Source of the DNA: Folioceros fuciformis
Taxonomy: Eukaryota
DNA length: 57,380 nt
Assembly (NCBI GenBank): GCA_049999805.1
Contig: JBNGIO010005428.1
Location: forward strand, 36,479-93,858
Direction of reading: 5' to 3'
The notes under the pieces are model-generated. The model did no database searches, was not told the origin of the DNA, and was given only the letters and a program-made list of their open reading frames with translations. Both the position numbers and the translations under genes were made by a program. The number at the start of each line of letters is the position of its first letter. Positions within the stretch are counted from its first letter, which is position 1. Below, piece after piece: positions 35,401 through 45,266 of the stretch.

Positions 35401-36830
35401 TTAAGGTCGGACATCAAGTCGAGGAACAAAGCTGCCGATGGAAGCTCGCCAGCAGCCACGGGCATCAAGCAGGTGCCGGTAAAGGAGGGGGTCTGGAAGA
35501 GGAGACCAGTGTGCCCTGCTGCCCTGGTACATGAGAAGGGCGTTGACTTCCTGATGCCGGGACAGATAGAAGTAGCTCACTGGAGAAGAAACGTGAGATA
35601 CGGAGCATTTTGTAGGGACGGATTCTTTGATGCAGATCTGTGACTTGTTGTCAACCACCCAATGATGAGCTCGTGTGTCAAACTTGAGGACGCACATTTT
35701 ATCCAGGGGCCACTCAAAGTCCTCATCCAGGTGAAGATCCCCGCCATCCTGCCCCGAGGCCAAACCTGCCACAACTCCTAGCTGAAGCTTCTTGCCATAA
35801 TCATTCTCTGTGCTTTCAATGGCAACAAGCTGAAAGCTCCCCCAGCTGAGATTGCCCTCCGGAATGCATACTGGTGCAGTGCCCAGAACTTCCTCAAACT
35901 GATCCTTCTTCAGGTTGTAGCCCATCACCTTGAAGGTGAATGCATCCTGATCCCCCACGAGGAGGAAGTAGACCAGCCCGTTCGCCACACAGCTGGTCAT
36001 GCAGAAAAGCCTATCGTGCACCATAGCCGCCCCCTGCCTCCACTGCTGCGTCTTGGAGTGGTACACGTGCGTGCTCCAGGCGTAGGAATCGGCCACCTCT
36101 CGGATGCAGAACTGGATGACGTTGTAGCACCCGGTCTTGGCGTCCACGATGAGCTCGTTGATGGTGTAGAAGGAGCAGGATAAGGAATCCTGGTCTTGCT
36201 CCTGCTCCTCCTCCTGGGGCGCATCCTCCTCAGACTGAGGCTGGTCCGCCAGCCCCGGCAGGCATGCTATCCGACGCCAGTTGCCCGTGAGAGGGTTCCC
36301 GACCCAGTAGTGCGTGAGCGGCGCCCCCCACTCATGCTCCGTGAAGCCGACGAGGCCGGAATCCCCACCGGAGTATCGGGAGAATCGCACATACCGCGAG
36401 CCCGGGGCCGTGGGCAGCGGAAGCGTCATCCATGAGCCGGAATTGGGATCGAAAGCCCAACACAGGGTGCCATTCTCCTCCGAGCCCGGCACGGTGCAGG
36501 CCAGCAGACACCAAGGCGCCACAGGGTTGGACGGATGCGACAACACCACCTTGTCCCACTCCCGGCACACCATTCGCGCCTGGGCTGCATCCCGCGGTGC
36601 CAACCTGGCCAGAATGCTCCCCAGCACCTCCTCCGGCAGGCGGTCCACCAGGCAGGGAGGGGGAGGCTGCGGTCTTCGTCTCCGGCGCCGCTCTGCTTCA
36701 ATAATGCCACAGGCATAGCGTGCCAGTGAGCCAATGCCAACCTCCTCCTGCCCATCATCCCTACTCCACAGAGTCACACACGAACACACACACAAAGCAA
36801 GCGAGGGGCTGGCTCACCTTCAGGCATCAT
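35401..36830 (-). CDS. F-box protein with beta-propeller C-terminus
   Basis: F-box LVDRLPEEVLGSILARLAPRDAAQARMVCREW; WAFDP; WVGNPLTGNWRRI; ends FVPRLDVRP. The 5' end is uncertain (probable short first exon near 36818-36830). Confidence 0.87.
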
Positions 36831-37462
36831 GATGCCGCTGTTCTTGCAGCCCGGCAGAGGCAGCAACCACCAGCACACCCCCCATGAGCAGTGTGAACAG
36901 GGCAGAAACCATGTCAGCGGCAGCCTCCGCAGCGTGAGCAGCAGCAGGAGCAGCATACTGCACCTGCGCACCTGCACGCCGCGGCCTGATCCTGCCAATT
37001 CATTCTCTGTTCGGCGTGCATTTCCAGCGACCAGGGCGCCAGCCCGATCATCGGGCCCGGAATCTTCTCTCTAATGCACCCCCGGCGTGTAGGTGACCTC
37101 AGTCTGTTTTACTACCCACCAACTATGTCTCCTTTTTGTCTCCCAGCTGCCACCTCCTCGCCTCACCAGATACTCCCATGTGTCCCGATCGTCACGCTCG
37201 TCCGACCTAATCCCTAATCCTTTATTGCATGTACTTCACTTCTCCCGTCACCAAATCGTGACAAACCTGGTCTCCACGTGATATCCACGAAACTGCTGAT
37301 TGTCAGACTGGGAAGTGAAGCCAAAAGAAAACACATACGCCCTTTGTCGACCTCCCAGCCATGTGAGAGTATGTACCATGTACTCCGTTACATAATCCTC
37401 GGTCGTTACAAGAGATTATGCAATATGAAAACACGTACTTCGTACTAAATCCACACGGCATT

Positions 37463-38724
37463 CTACAAGTGTTTCGTAAGCCAGGTAGTGATGTCCTCCC
37501 ACACACGCTGCTTGTGAGCAGGCGTCTCCTGCAGCAGCTGGTGGTGCATCCCTTCGTACAGATGCAGCTCCTTGTCGCTGCTTACTGCTCGGTCGTGGAG
37601 TAGCTGAGAACTCAAAGGCCGGGTTCGGGTGTCTTCCAATCCGTGCAAGACCAGAAGTGGCAGGGTGATTTTCTCCAAGTTGCCGTGCAGGGATTCCACC
37701 GCCGGGACAATGGCAGCCATTGTGCCCAGCCTCGTCGACTTCACCACTAGGGGATCCTCCTTGAAAGCTTTTCTCGCCAGATCCTTGTCCCCGAACGCGC
37801 CGATCCATCCTTCCTCTTCTGTGGCCTTGTCCCCTGGGACTTTAGCTAGCGGCAGCACCTTCGCTACGGCCTTCAGCAATGCCATAACAGGCTTCGGAGG
37901 GAGGACAGGGGGTAGCTCGGTGACCGCCCCAGCTGTTATCACGCCCGATGTTGCAGCTGCTACTGCAGGCCTCTGCACCAGGGTCAGAACGATGGCCGCA
38001 CCCAAGCTCTCCCCATACACAAAGGAAGGCAGTCCAGGATATAGCTGCTGCTGTGAATGCTCCAGCACCAGCTCAGCCTGGTCCACAAGGTCTGTGAAGC
38101 TTGGATGGTATCCCGGAACGCCGGTCACTGATCCACTCAGCCCGTGTGCGGCCAGGTCGAATGCAACCACACCGAACCCTCGCTTCGCAAAAAGCTGTGC
38201 TGTTTCTGCGAAATACGCGCTATGCCAAGTGTAGCCGTGCACCATGAGGAGACAGCCTTTGGTATCTGATGCCGCCGCTGGCCAGTGGCGTATGTACACC
38301 TCGATGCCTTGCCTGTCGGCCAATACCAGCACCTTCGCCCCTGTGGCATCCTACTCTTGCACTCAATAGCCTTCTTCAGAAACAATGAGCAGCTCAACAA
38401 ACATGCTCTTCCAAAGTAGCAAGGGGGATCGCTTCTCACCTGTGAGGGTAGTGGAGAAATCTTAAGGGATAGGTTTCTGCCTGGAGAACTCGCGAAATGT
38501 CCTTGCTGAGCCTGGATGACGCAATAAGCGCGATGAAGCAGAAGTCACACACCTGCAAGAACACAAGACGTGGGATGGTACGTACCAGAAAATAGACAGT
38601 TGCGCAGGCAGCGACCGCCAAGCTCACCAGAGTGATGCGTTCCATGTTAGCAAAACTTATGAAAATAGAGCCTCGTCGCAAGGACTTACCTTCCTGCAGT
38701 CCACACCCTCAGTAACCACGACAT
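37463..38724 (-). CDS. Alpha/beta hydrolase, monoacylglycerol lipase / caffeoylshikimate esterase-like, with hydrophobic N-terminus
   Basis: MVHGY oxyanion motif, nucleophile GESLG, LHGLED, YEGMHH. Small 5' exons (SLAVAACATVYFLVR..; AETYPLRFLHYPH). Start is either 38724 (MSWLLRVWTAG) or 38645. Confidence 0.9.
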
Positions 38725-38900
38725 TCGCAAACCTGGATACTGGGTAAGCAACGTGCCTTCCCGTGATCCCTCCTGCACACACACTCATTTTGCCAGGAGA
38801 AAACGTTCTACATATTTTCCCAGCAGCATGATCTCAGGAAGCATCCACAGAAGTCCCCCACACAAACTATTCAGAAGACTTGAACGAAGCTTAGAGAAAT

Positions 38901-38984
38901 GCCGTCAGGGATCAACAATATAATCTTGGTGCGGTTTGGCACTCAGAGCCACTGCGCAAACATATTTGATCTTCATCATTCGGC
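38901..38984 (-). ncRNA. Box C/D snoRNA (intronic, target not established)
   Basis: GCCG-A-ATGATGA(C)..TTTGCGCAGTGGCT-CTGA(D')-GTGC/GCAC hairpin-degenerate C'..ATATTGTTGATCC-CTGA(D)-CGGC. Terminal stem with correct K-turn spacing; 84 nt. Confidence 0.75.
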
Positions 38985-39421
38985 TGGAAAGAACAGGATC
39001 ATTCATAAAGATGAGGGGCTAACAACGACGGCATTCCATCGTAGAAAAGGAACAAGTGACGACATACAGCAGTGACCTGGACTTCAAACTCTTCGAGTTT
39101 GAAGATTGAAACACGTGGAAACCAAGCCCAAAGTAGTTTCATAAAGCAACCCTCACTGCTTGTAACTAGAACTTCCCTCGGTGTCCCTAACCACTACACT
39201 TCAGAAGATGTTGACGATAAGTAAGATCAGGAAATGCATGTGGATTTAGAACTGAGGTTTCGCGTTGCCACACCGGCCAATTTGTGACAGGCAGTGGGGA
39301 GAACTTCGTTGCATATTGCCCTGAGCTTTCTTAAAAATCTGAAATCTACATCTTGCATGGCTCTAAAGCTGTGGCCCCTGTCCTGAGAGATACAACCATA
39401 GGAGACACCTTTGTCAAACTC

Positions 39422-39585
39422 ACAATGTCAGCCCATACTCGGGTGAGCTTTGCACAGCCGTTTCATTGTTTACCTCCATATGAAATTCGCTCCACGAGGC
39501 CTTCACCATAATCAGAGCCTCGCCACTTTCGAAAGTTGTTTTTGGCTTCGTCGCTGAAGAGCACATATTCATCAGAGACATGTAA
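39422..39585 (-). ncRNA. Possible long structured C/D-box RNA (intronic)
   Basis: TGATGA at 39574-39569 and CTGA at 39431-39428. Internal CTGA-tt-ATGGTGA is closed by a CGAGGC/GCCTCG stem. Lies inside a 294-nt intron. Confidence 0.4.
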
Positions 39586-41476
39586 GACCCAGACCCACCA
39601 GCACGGGTTGACGTGCTCAACGACACACATCATGAGAGTAGAAGTCAGAAACCAAGGACGTCTTGGCAAATCAGACCTAGAATCCTGTGCAGTCGTCTAC
39701 AAACTTCTAGAGCATTTTCGTGGCAACCACTGACATTGAGAATCCCCACCTCTCCTGCGCTTCACCTCCTCAACAGCTCACAGGTCTCTCACTTCCACAT
39801 CTGCCAAAGGCTACACAGCTAAGCCCTTAGTCAGCATTATGACAGACGCATGCTATGCATGCCACCGTGCTTGAAGCCTTGACTGGAAAGACTGTACCTG
39901 GCGCATGATCCTCATTCCCCGCATCTCACTCCCAGTCAGGGTGGTTATTGTCAGCGCACATTTGGGTTGATATCCTTAAATCAACATGCTTCAACCTGAA
40001 ACCGGAGAGACAAGAGGTCTGTTGAGACTGTGTACTTGGCATATGCAATCTGCTCCAATCATCTGGACTGTATGGCTTTCTCTCAAGCTCTGGCTCTGCA
40101 CTTACCTTGACACTTCGTTACCATCTCGGCCCACAGCCGACATCAATGACTCGCTCGACTACAGTTCGCACTTTAGGTGACCCACCGTCAACGTTAACCG
40201 TCTGATGAAACCTGTAAGAGTGTGGAACACGTTGGAGGACAAATACGGTTGTGGGAAAACAAATGCAAATTTGTCCCACACCTTAGGCTAACAGAAGCAT
40301 GCTGCCCACAACACCTGATCACAGCACCTATGCGATTGTCACATGGATGTCCCACGGAAGCAGATATGAAACAGGGTGCCCAAGTACACGTACGACGCGA
40401 GGCAAACGACGATTCTTCCTCAGCACTGCACCTAGATGGCCATCAACCGTTAAACTCGACGGAGGGTACTTCACGTCCCCGCCTGCTTCTACCAATCTGC
40501 AAAGGAAGCTCGAAGAGTCAGGGGCTTCACAACCATAGCCAGGCCCCTAGCTAATCCATGAATTCCGATACTGTCTGATCCGCACCAGCCACGTAGACTT
40601 CGGCCGTGCCTCCTCAAACTGTGCTTCACGAAGAATGTTTTCAACTTCCCCACCCCGAGGCACCGCAGAGCAGCAGATCATCTGCGACACGAAAACCACA
40701 ACCCAACAGTCAACCCACGCTTTCCAAGCTGCAGATCTTACCGTTTAGAGCATTGCAGACATCCAGATACCGCAAATGTCCTTCCTCACCCACCGTCAAC
40801 TCTGGTCCAAGGCTGGTCCCACGAACGATGGCCCCTCGCAGCTGGCACGAAAGCAGTCCAGCTCATCCCAGGAGCTGCACGTGACTACCAAATCGCACTC
40901 GCCACCAGAAATGAGCTGGAGAGCTCATCCCCGAGCTGAATTTCTGATGGCAGCTTGACGGAGTAATTCCTTACAGTCGAACTCTTCGTGTCCCTGTCCC
41001 ACTAAGTTCCAACTTCAGCACCTGATAATGGATTATTTTAGAATTTCAAGCGTGAAAGACTCTAGGTAAGAGATGAATCCACAAGATCAGGGAGCTGCCA
41101 TGCCCGTCTGGCCTTCGAGTGCATAGTTGCGGATGGAGGGGAAGAAGCAGAAATCACTACTATGTTACCACCTCCCACAAGACCTTCATGATCTACAGCT
41201 TTCGTGTTTTCCGGAATTCTATAATGTCGTGTAAAGTCCGACAATGACATCACGCAGTGGCCTGTCTGTCGTGATCCGTCAACCCTCCCCGCCCGAGCAC
41301 TTATCGAAAATATCAAAAGCCCGCCCGGAGGAATGGAAGTAGGTAGGCAAGTGATCCCAGGTACTGATCCCTCCCTACACAACTGCATGAACGAATCGAA
41401 ATAGACGAATTTATGTAAAAATTCTTGTCACACCGCAATTTGATGCAAAGGATGTCCCTCGATTCATCGGCTGTTC

Positions 41477-43798
41477 ATGGCGGGAGCGGCAAGCCAGGCG
41501 TATCGCAAGGCGGCGTGCGCCTGGCTTGTCTCCATGCGTGCTTTGCGTGTCCTGAAGTTGCCAGGGTCTCGGTTGAATTTGCTGTACTCATCTTCCTCTC
41601 ACCGCTTCGGGACCCGCCAATCCCGCATGCGACACGCAGATCGGGGTTTCGAAGCTTCGGCTCTGTTGGACTCGGGTGCAAGGGAGAATGGGCTTCCGCA
41701 AGCTGGATCGCATTTTTCGCAGCCGGCTGCTGTGGATCTGATTATGGCTGTTCTGGGCGAGGGGGAGTGGCGGCCTCCGACTGAGGACGCCCTGAGGCAT
41801 CTGGTGGTGCAATTGAGACATTCGCACTTGCTGGAAGTTCTGAGGAGGCTGTCTGTAGACAGCCGAAACGCGGACAAGTGTTTGAAATTCTTCCAATGGG
41901 CTGAATTGCAGGGAGGACTCCAGCACTCGTCGTCTACGTATGGCGCACTTCTGGCCATCCAGAGCCTGGCTGGGAAGGCGGATGTTGTGGAGGAGCTGCT
42001 GCACAAGATGCTGCGGACGAATTGCAAGATGACTCCCACGCTGTTCGGAACAGTCATACAGAATTATGGGGCAGCGGGACTTCCTGATCAGGCGGTGAAG
42101 GTGTTTGAGTGGATGAAGCAGAGTGGAACTGGTCAAACGCATACTTTCCCTTACAATGCAGTCTTGAGTGTGTTAGTGAAGGCTGGAAGGCCCTTGAAGG
42201 CCCTTGAGGTCTACGAAGAAATGCGACAGGCGAAGTGCCCTCCTGATGCTTACTCTTATACTACTCTTATTGACGGCCTTGGGAAGGCTGGAAAGCTGGA
42301 GGAGGTGCAGAGTCTCTTCAGGGAGATGATCAGGGTTGGCATCCGGCCCACGGTTGTCACCTATACATCTCTTGTGCAGACGTACTGCAGGGCTGGAAAT
42401 GTGGATGGAGGCTTGTTTGTGCTCAACGAGATGAGGAGAGCTGGCAGCAGTCCTAATGCATATACTTACAATGTATTGATTCATGGCCTGTGCAAGAACG
42501 ACGAGATTGAACTGGCGTTGACGCTTTTGAATGAAATGAAGAGATTAGGTTTGGAGCCAGAGGTCGCTACTTTTAACTCGTTCTTGCAGGCCTACATTCG
42601 CCTAGGTCAGGTGGACGATGCTCGGCAACTCTTCCAACGCGTGACAAGAGATGGTTATGCTCCCAACGAGTTCACAGTTGGAATTCTCTTGGAAGGGCTA
42701 CAGAAAGATGGGAACGTGCGTCAGGCTCATCAGCTGTTCAAGGAAATGGTGGGGAAGGGGATCAAACGTACCATGGTGATGTACGCCACTCTTATCAAAG
42801 GATACTTGAAATCGCAAAAGACGTCTGAGGCTGTGGAAGCATGTAACTTGTATGAAGAGATGACTGCTAATGGGCTTACCCTTGCTGGCCCTAGTCTTAC
42901 TCTGCTAATCGATGGCATGATGAAGGCGGGTGAAGAAATGAAAGCCTACAAAATTTTTCAAGAATGTTTGGAAAGGACGGACAGTGTAGATATATGTGTG
43001 TCCAATGCTGTCATTGATGGTCTTGCCAAGGCTGGACATTTAGCAGAGGCTTTCAAAGTGTTTGAGAATATCGGCCAGAGGGGTGGTTCATACAGTGTGG
43101 TGACGTACAATATCTTGATGAAGGGCCTGTGTAGGAACCATGAAGTAGACAGGGCACGAAAGCTTGCGGGGGAAATGTCAGCCAATGGTTGCCCACCCGA
43201 TATTCACACATTCAACACTTTGATTGATGGTGCTTGCAAAGCAGGGAGACTTCAGGACGCCATTGGGATATTCTCACAAATGAACGAGGCAGGTTGTGTT
43301 CCAGATAAAATCACTTACAGGACGCTGATTGAAAATTTGTGCTCTGTGGGCATGCTGGAGGAGGCGTACAGTTACTTTGAAATTATGGAAAAGGACCCCG
43401 GATCAGACAAAGGTGTGTGTGAAACGTTAGTCAGAAGCCTTTGCGGGACTGGCAAGTTGCACCTGATTGAGGACATGGTACACAAGGGCCAAATATTAAA
43501 CGACGGACTGTTCAATATCATCATTCCTGCGTTCTGTGAAGCAGGCAAAACAAAACTGGCTCTGGACTATTTGACGCACATGAAGGTAGTGGGCCGTGCC
43601 CCAAAGGCTACGACATACACTGTCCTCTGCTCATCCCTGTACAAAGCTGGTATGGTGGATGAAGCTTCCGAACTTTCGGAAGAGATGCTGCAACTTTTCC
43701 CTCCCACGGCTTCAGCTCTCTCAATGCAGCGGGAAGTAGCATCCCGACAGCCTGGGGCAGAGAGCCAAGGAACTGTCAATGAGCAGGAACGCAGTTGA
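41477..43798 (+). CDS. P-class pentatricopeptide repeat protein (organelle-targeted)
   Basis: Intronless 773 aa with tandem 35-aa P motifs (YTTLIDGLGKAG, TYNVLIHGLCK, TFNTLIDGACKAG) and a transit-peptide-like N-terminus. Confidence 0.96.
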   Translation: MAGAASQAYRKAACAWLVSMRALRVLKLPGSRLNLLYSSSSHRFGTRQSRMRHADRGFEASALLDSGARENGLPQAGSHFSQPAAVDLIMAVLGEGEWRPPTEDALRHLVVQLRHSHLLEVLRRLSVDSRNADKCLKFFQWAELQGGLQHSSSTYGALLAIQSLAGKADVVEELLHKMLRTNCKMTPTLFGTVIQNYGAAGLPDQAVKVFEWMKQSGTGQTHTFPYNAVLSVLVKAGRPLKALEVYEEMRQAKCPPDAYSYTTLIDGLGKAGKLEEVQSLFREMIRVGIRPTVVTYTSLVQTYCRAGNVDGGLFVLNEMRRAGSSPNAYTYNVLIHGLCKNDEIELALTLLNEMKRLGLEPEVATFNSFLQAYIRLGQVDDARQLFQRVTRDGYAPNEFTVGILLEGLQKDGNVRQAHQLFKEMVGKGIKRTMVMYATLIKGYLKSQKTSEAVEACNLYEEMTANGLTLAGPSLTLLIDGMMKAGEEMKAYKIFQECLERTDSVDICVSNAVIDGLAKAGHLAEAFKVFENIGQRGGSYSVVTYNILMKGLCRNHEVDRARKLAGEMSANGCPPDIHTFNTLIDGACKAGRLQDAIGIFSQMNEAGCVPDKITYRTLIENLCSVGMLEEAYSYFEIMEKDPGSDKGVCETLVRSLCGTGKLHLIEDMVHKGQILNDGLFNIIIPAFCEAGKTKLALDYLTHMKVVGRAPKATTYTVLCSSLYKAGMVDEASELSEEMLQLFPPTASALSMQREVASRQPGAESQGTVNEQERS

Positions 43799-45266
43799 TC
43801 ATCCTTTCTGGGCTTCTATTTCCCTCGGACTAAGGAAAACCTCGAGTGAGCCAATTTGTTGCTGCCTCCCCTCAGGTGTGCTTCTCTCTCAGAAGTTATG
43901 CTGAAGCTGCGACTCAAAGGGTTCATTGCAATTGTGGCTCCTTGTGCTGCAGGCTGAATGCGCAAACCGAACTTGCTCAACTCTGCAGGATACGGGCGCG
44001 CACAGGTTGAAAGCGTTGGCGTGTTCAGGTATGCGAAACTGTTCGGTTATTGTCTGGAGACCGATTTGGGCACCGGTATGTATCAGAGTTGCGTCGATCA
44101 TCTGCTTTCCTGTTTGTTGTCGTCTGTCCAGGTTCAGGCAAAGCAAGTGGCTGGAAAGCCTGCAAGTACAGATGATTATTTCGTGTTCACGTCAGCAGTA
44201 TCTGGCGAACGGTGATGAAGATTGCTCATAACAATTGCTCAAATTTGTCACTGATCCGGCGATGTCCATGTTGGATCGAAAAGCATCCCTGCGTGGCGTA
44301 TGGCCTCCCTGTCCTTTCACTTCAGTCATGGAAAGACTCTCTCAGCCTTTCTGTTATGTTGGATCACTCGTGTTACGGTGGAGTGGTGTTACGAGATGGA
44401 CTTTTACGAAGAAGACGGTGTGATAACGCCCTCCTTCCCAGTCACCGTGTGTCACCGTGTAGAGTATGGTAAAGACGCTCGAGACCCTTTATAGCTTGTC
44501 TCGTAACGCAATAGTAACTTTTGTAGTCTGAGCTTCTAGCACGGAAGGCTACTTTACTTATCCGAATCGCCACGTTCATCAAAAGGTTAAGGGCCTTTCC
44601 GAGCACCTGCTTCGAAGTACATTTGTACAGTGCAAGGCCCATTTGCACAGGATGATCAGACAATGTCATCTGCCCGCAGGTTAGCTTAAGGTACTACCAA
44701 TTCAGGGAAGCGAAATAGGAAGACGGTTGCAAACATGTCAGGATCAGGTCTATTCATCAGGTCAGGATCAAGTTCATTTCCACATCGCCTTAGTCATCAG
44801 GACGAGCGGGGATGGATGGAGGAACCTAACAGCCACATGCTGTTGGCGTGCTACTACTTGGTTCAATTGTAAAGAGTTCTACCGGGAGATGTTGTTGTCT
44901 GTACGATTAATGTCGGCCAGAACGAGGATCATCACTTGGGTACCAGTGTAGGTTTGGGACAAACGTTACTGACTGGTGCAAATCTGACGTTCAACATCGC
45001 AACAGATCTATTAGCTCTTTCTGGCACATTACAAGTCCATGAAGCGAAGCCCCCAGGGACTGACTGTACAAGGCTACATCCAGAAACATGCGGAATGTAC
45101 ATGGCCCATCTTCTGAGCACCCAAATTTTGGATCCTCGCCCCGGCACATATGTTCTCGTGTCGCCCCCGAGGCTCCCCAATGTGGAACGAACCGTTCACT
45201 GTTCTCCAGAAGCATGTGAGTGGCGCCTTCACTCTTGCAGAGCTCGACAACAGAGTAGCGTGCTCT

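Larger units (their letters stand above)
38773..41390 (-). ncRNA. Putative spliced non-coding snoRNA-host transcript / very long multi-exon 5' leader of the hydrolase
   Basis: Series of minus-strand GT-AG introns: 39076-38773, 39676-39383, 39897-39801, 40105-39996, 40281-40212; further acceptors at 40497 and 41022 and a donor at 40741. The three exons checked have stops in all frames. The 5' end is approximate. Confidence 0.55.

Noticed and set aside
39510-39575. CTGATGA...GAAA suggesting a hammerhead ribozyme
   Set aside because: No stem II directly links CTGATGA to GAAA and no stem I/III register; better explained as a C box.
41100-41200. U1-like loop words (GATCATGAAG, TGCAC) on the minus strand
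   Set aside because: No ACTTACCTG 5' end, no Sm site and wrong spacing.
44209-44258. GTGATGA...CTGA pair downstream of the P-type PPR
   Set aside because: Only ~45 nt, no second box pair and no convincing terminal stem.
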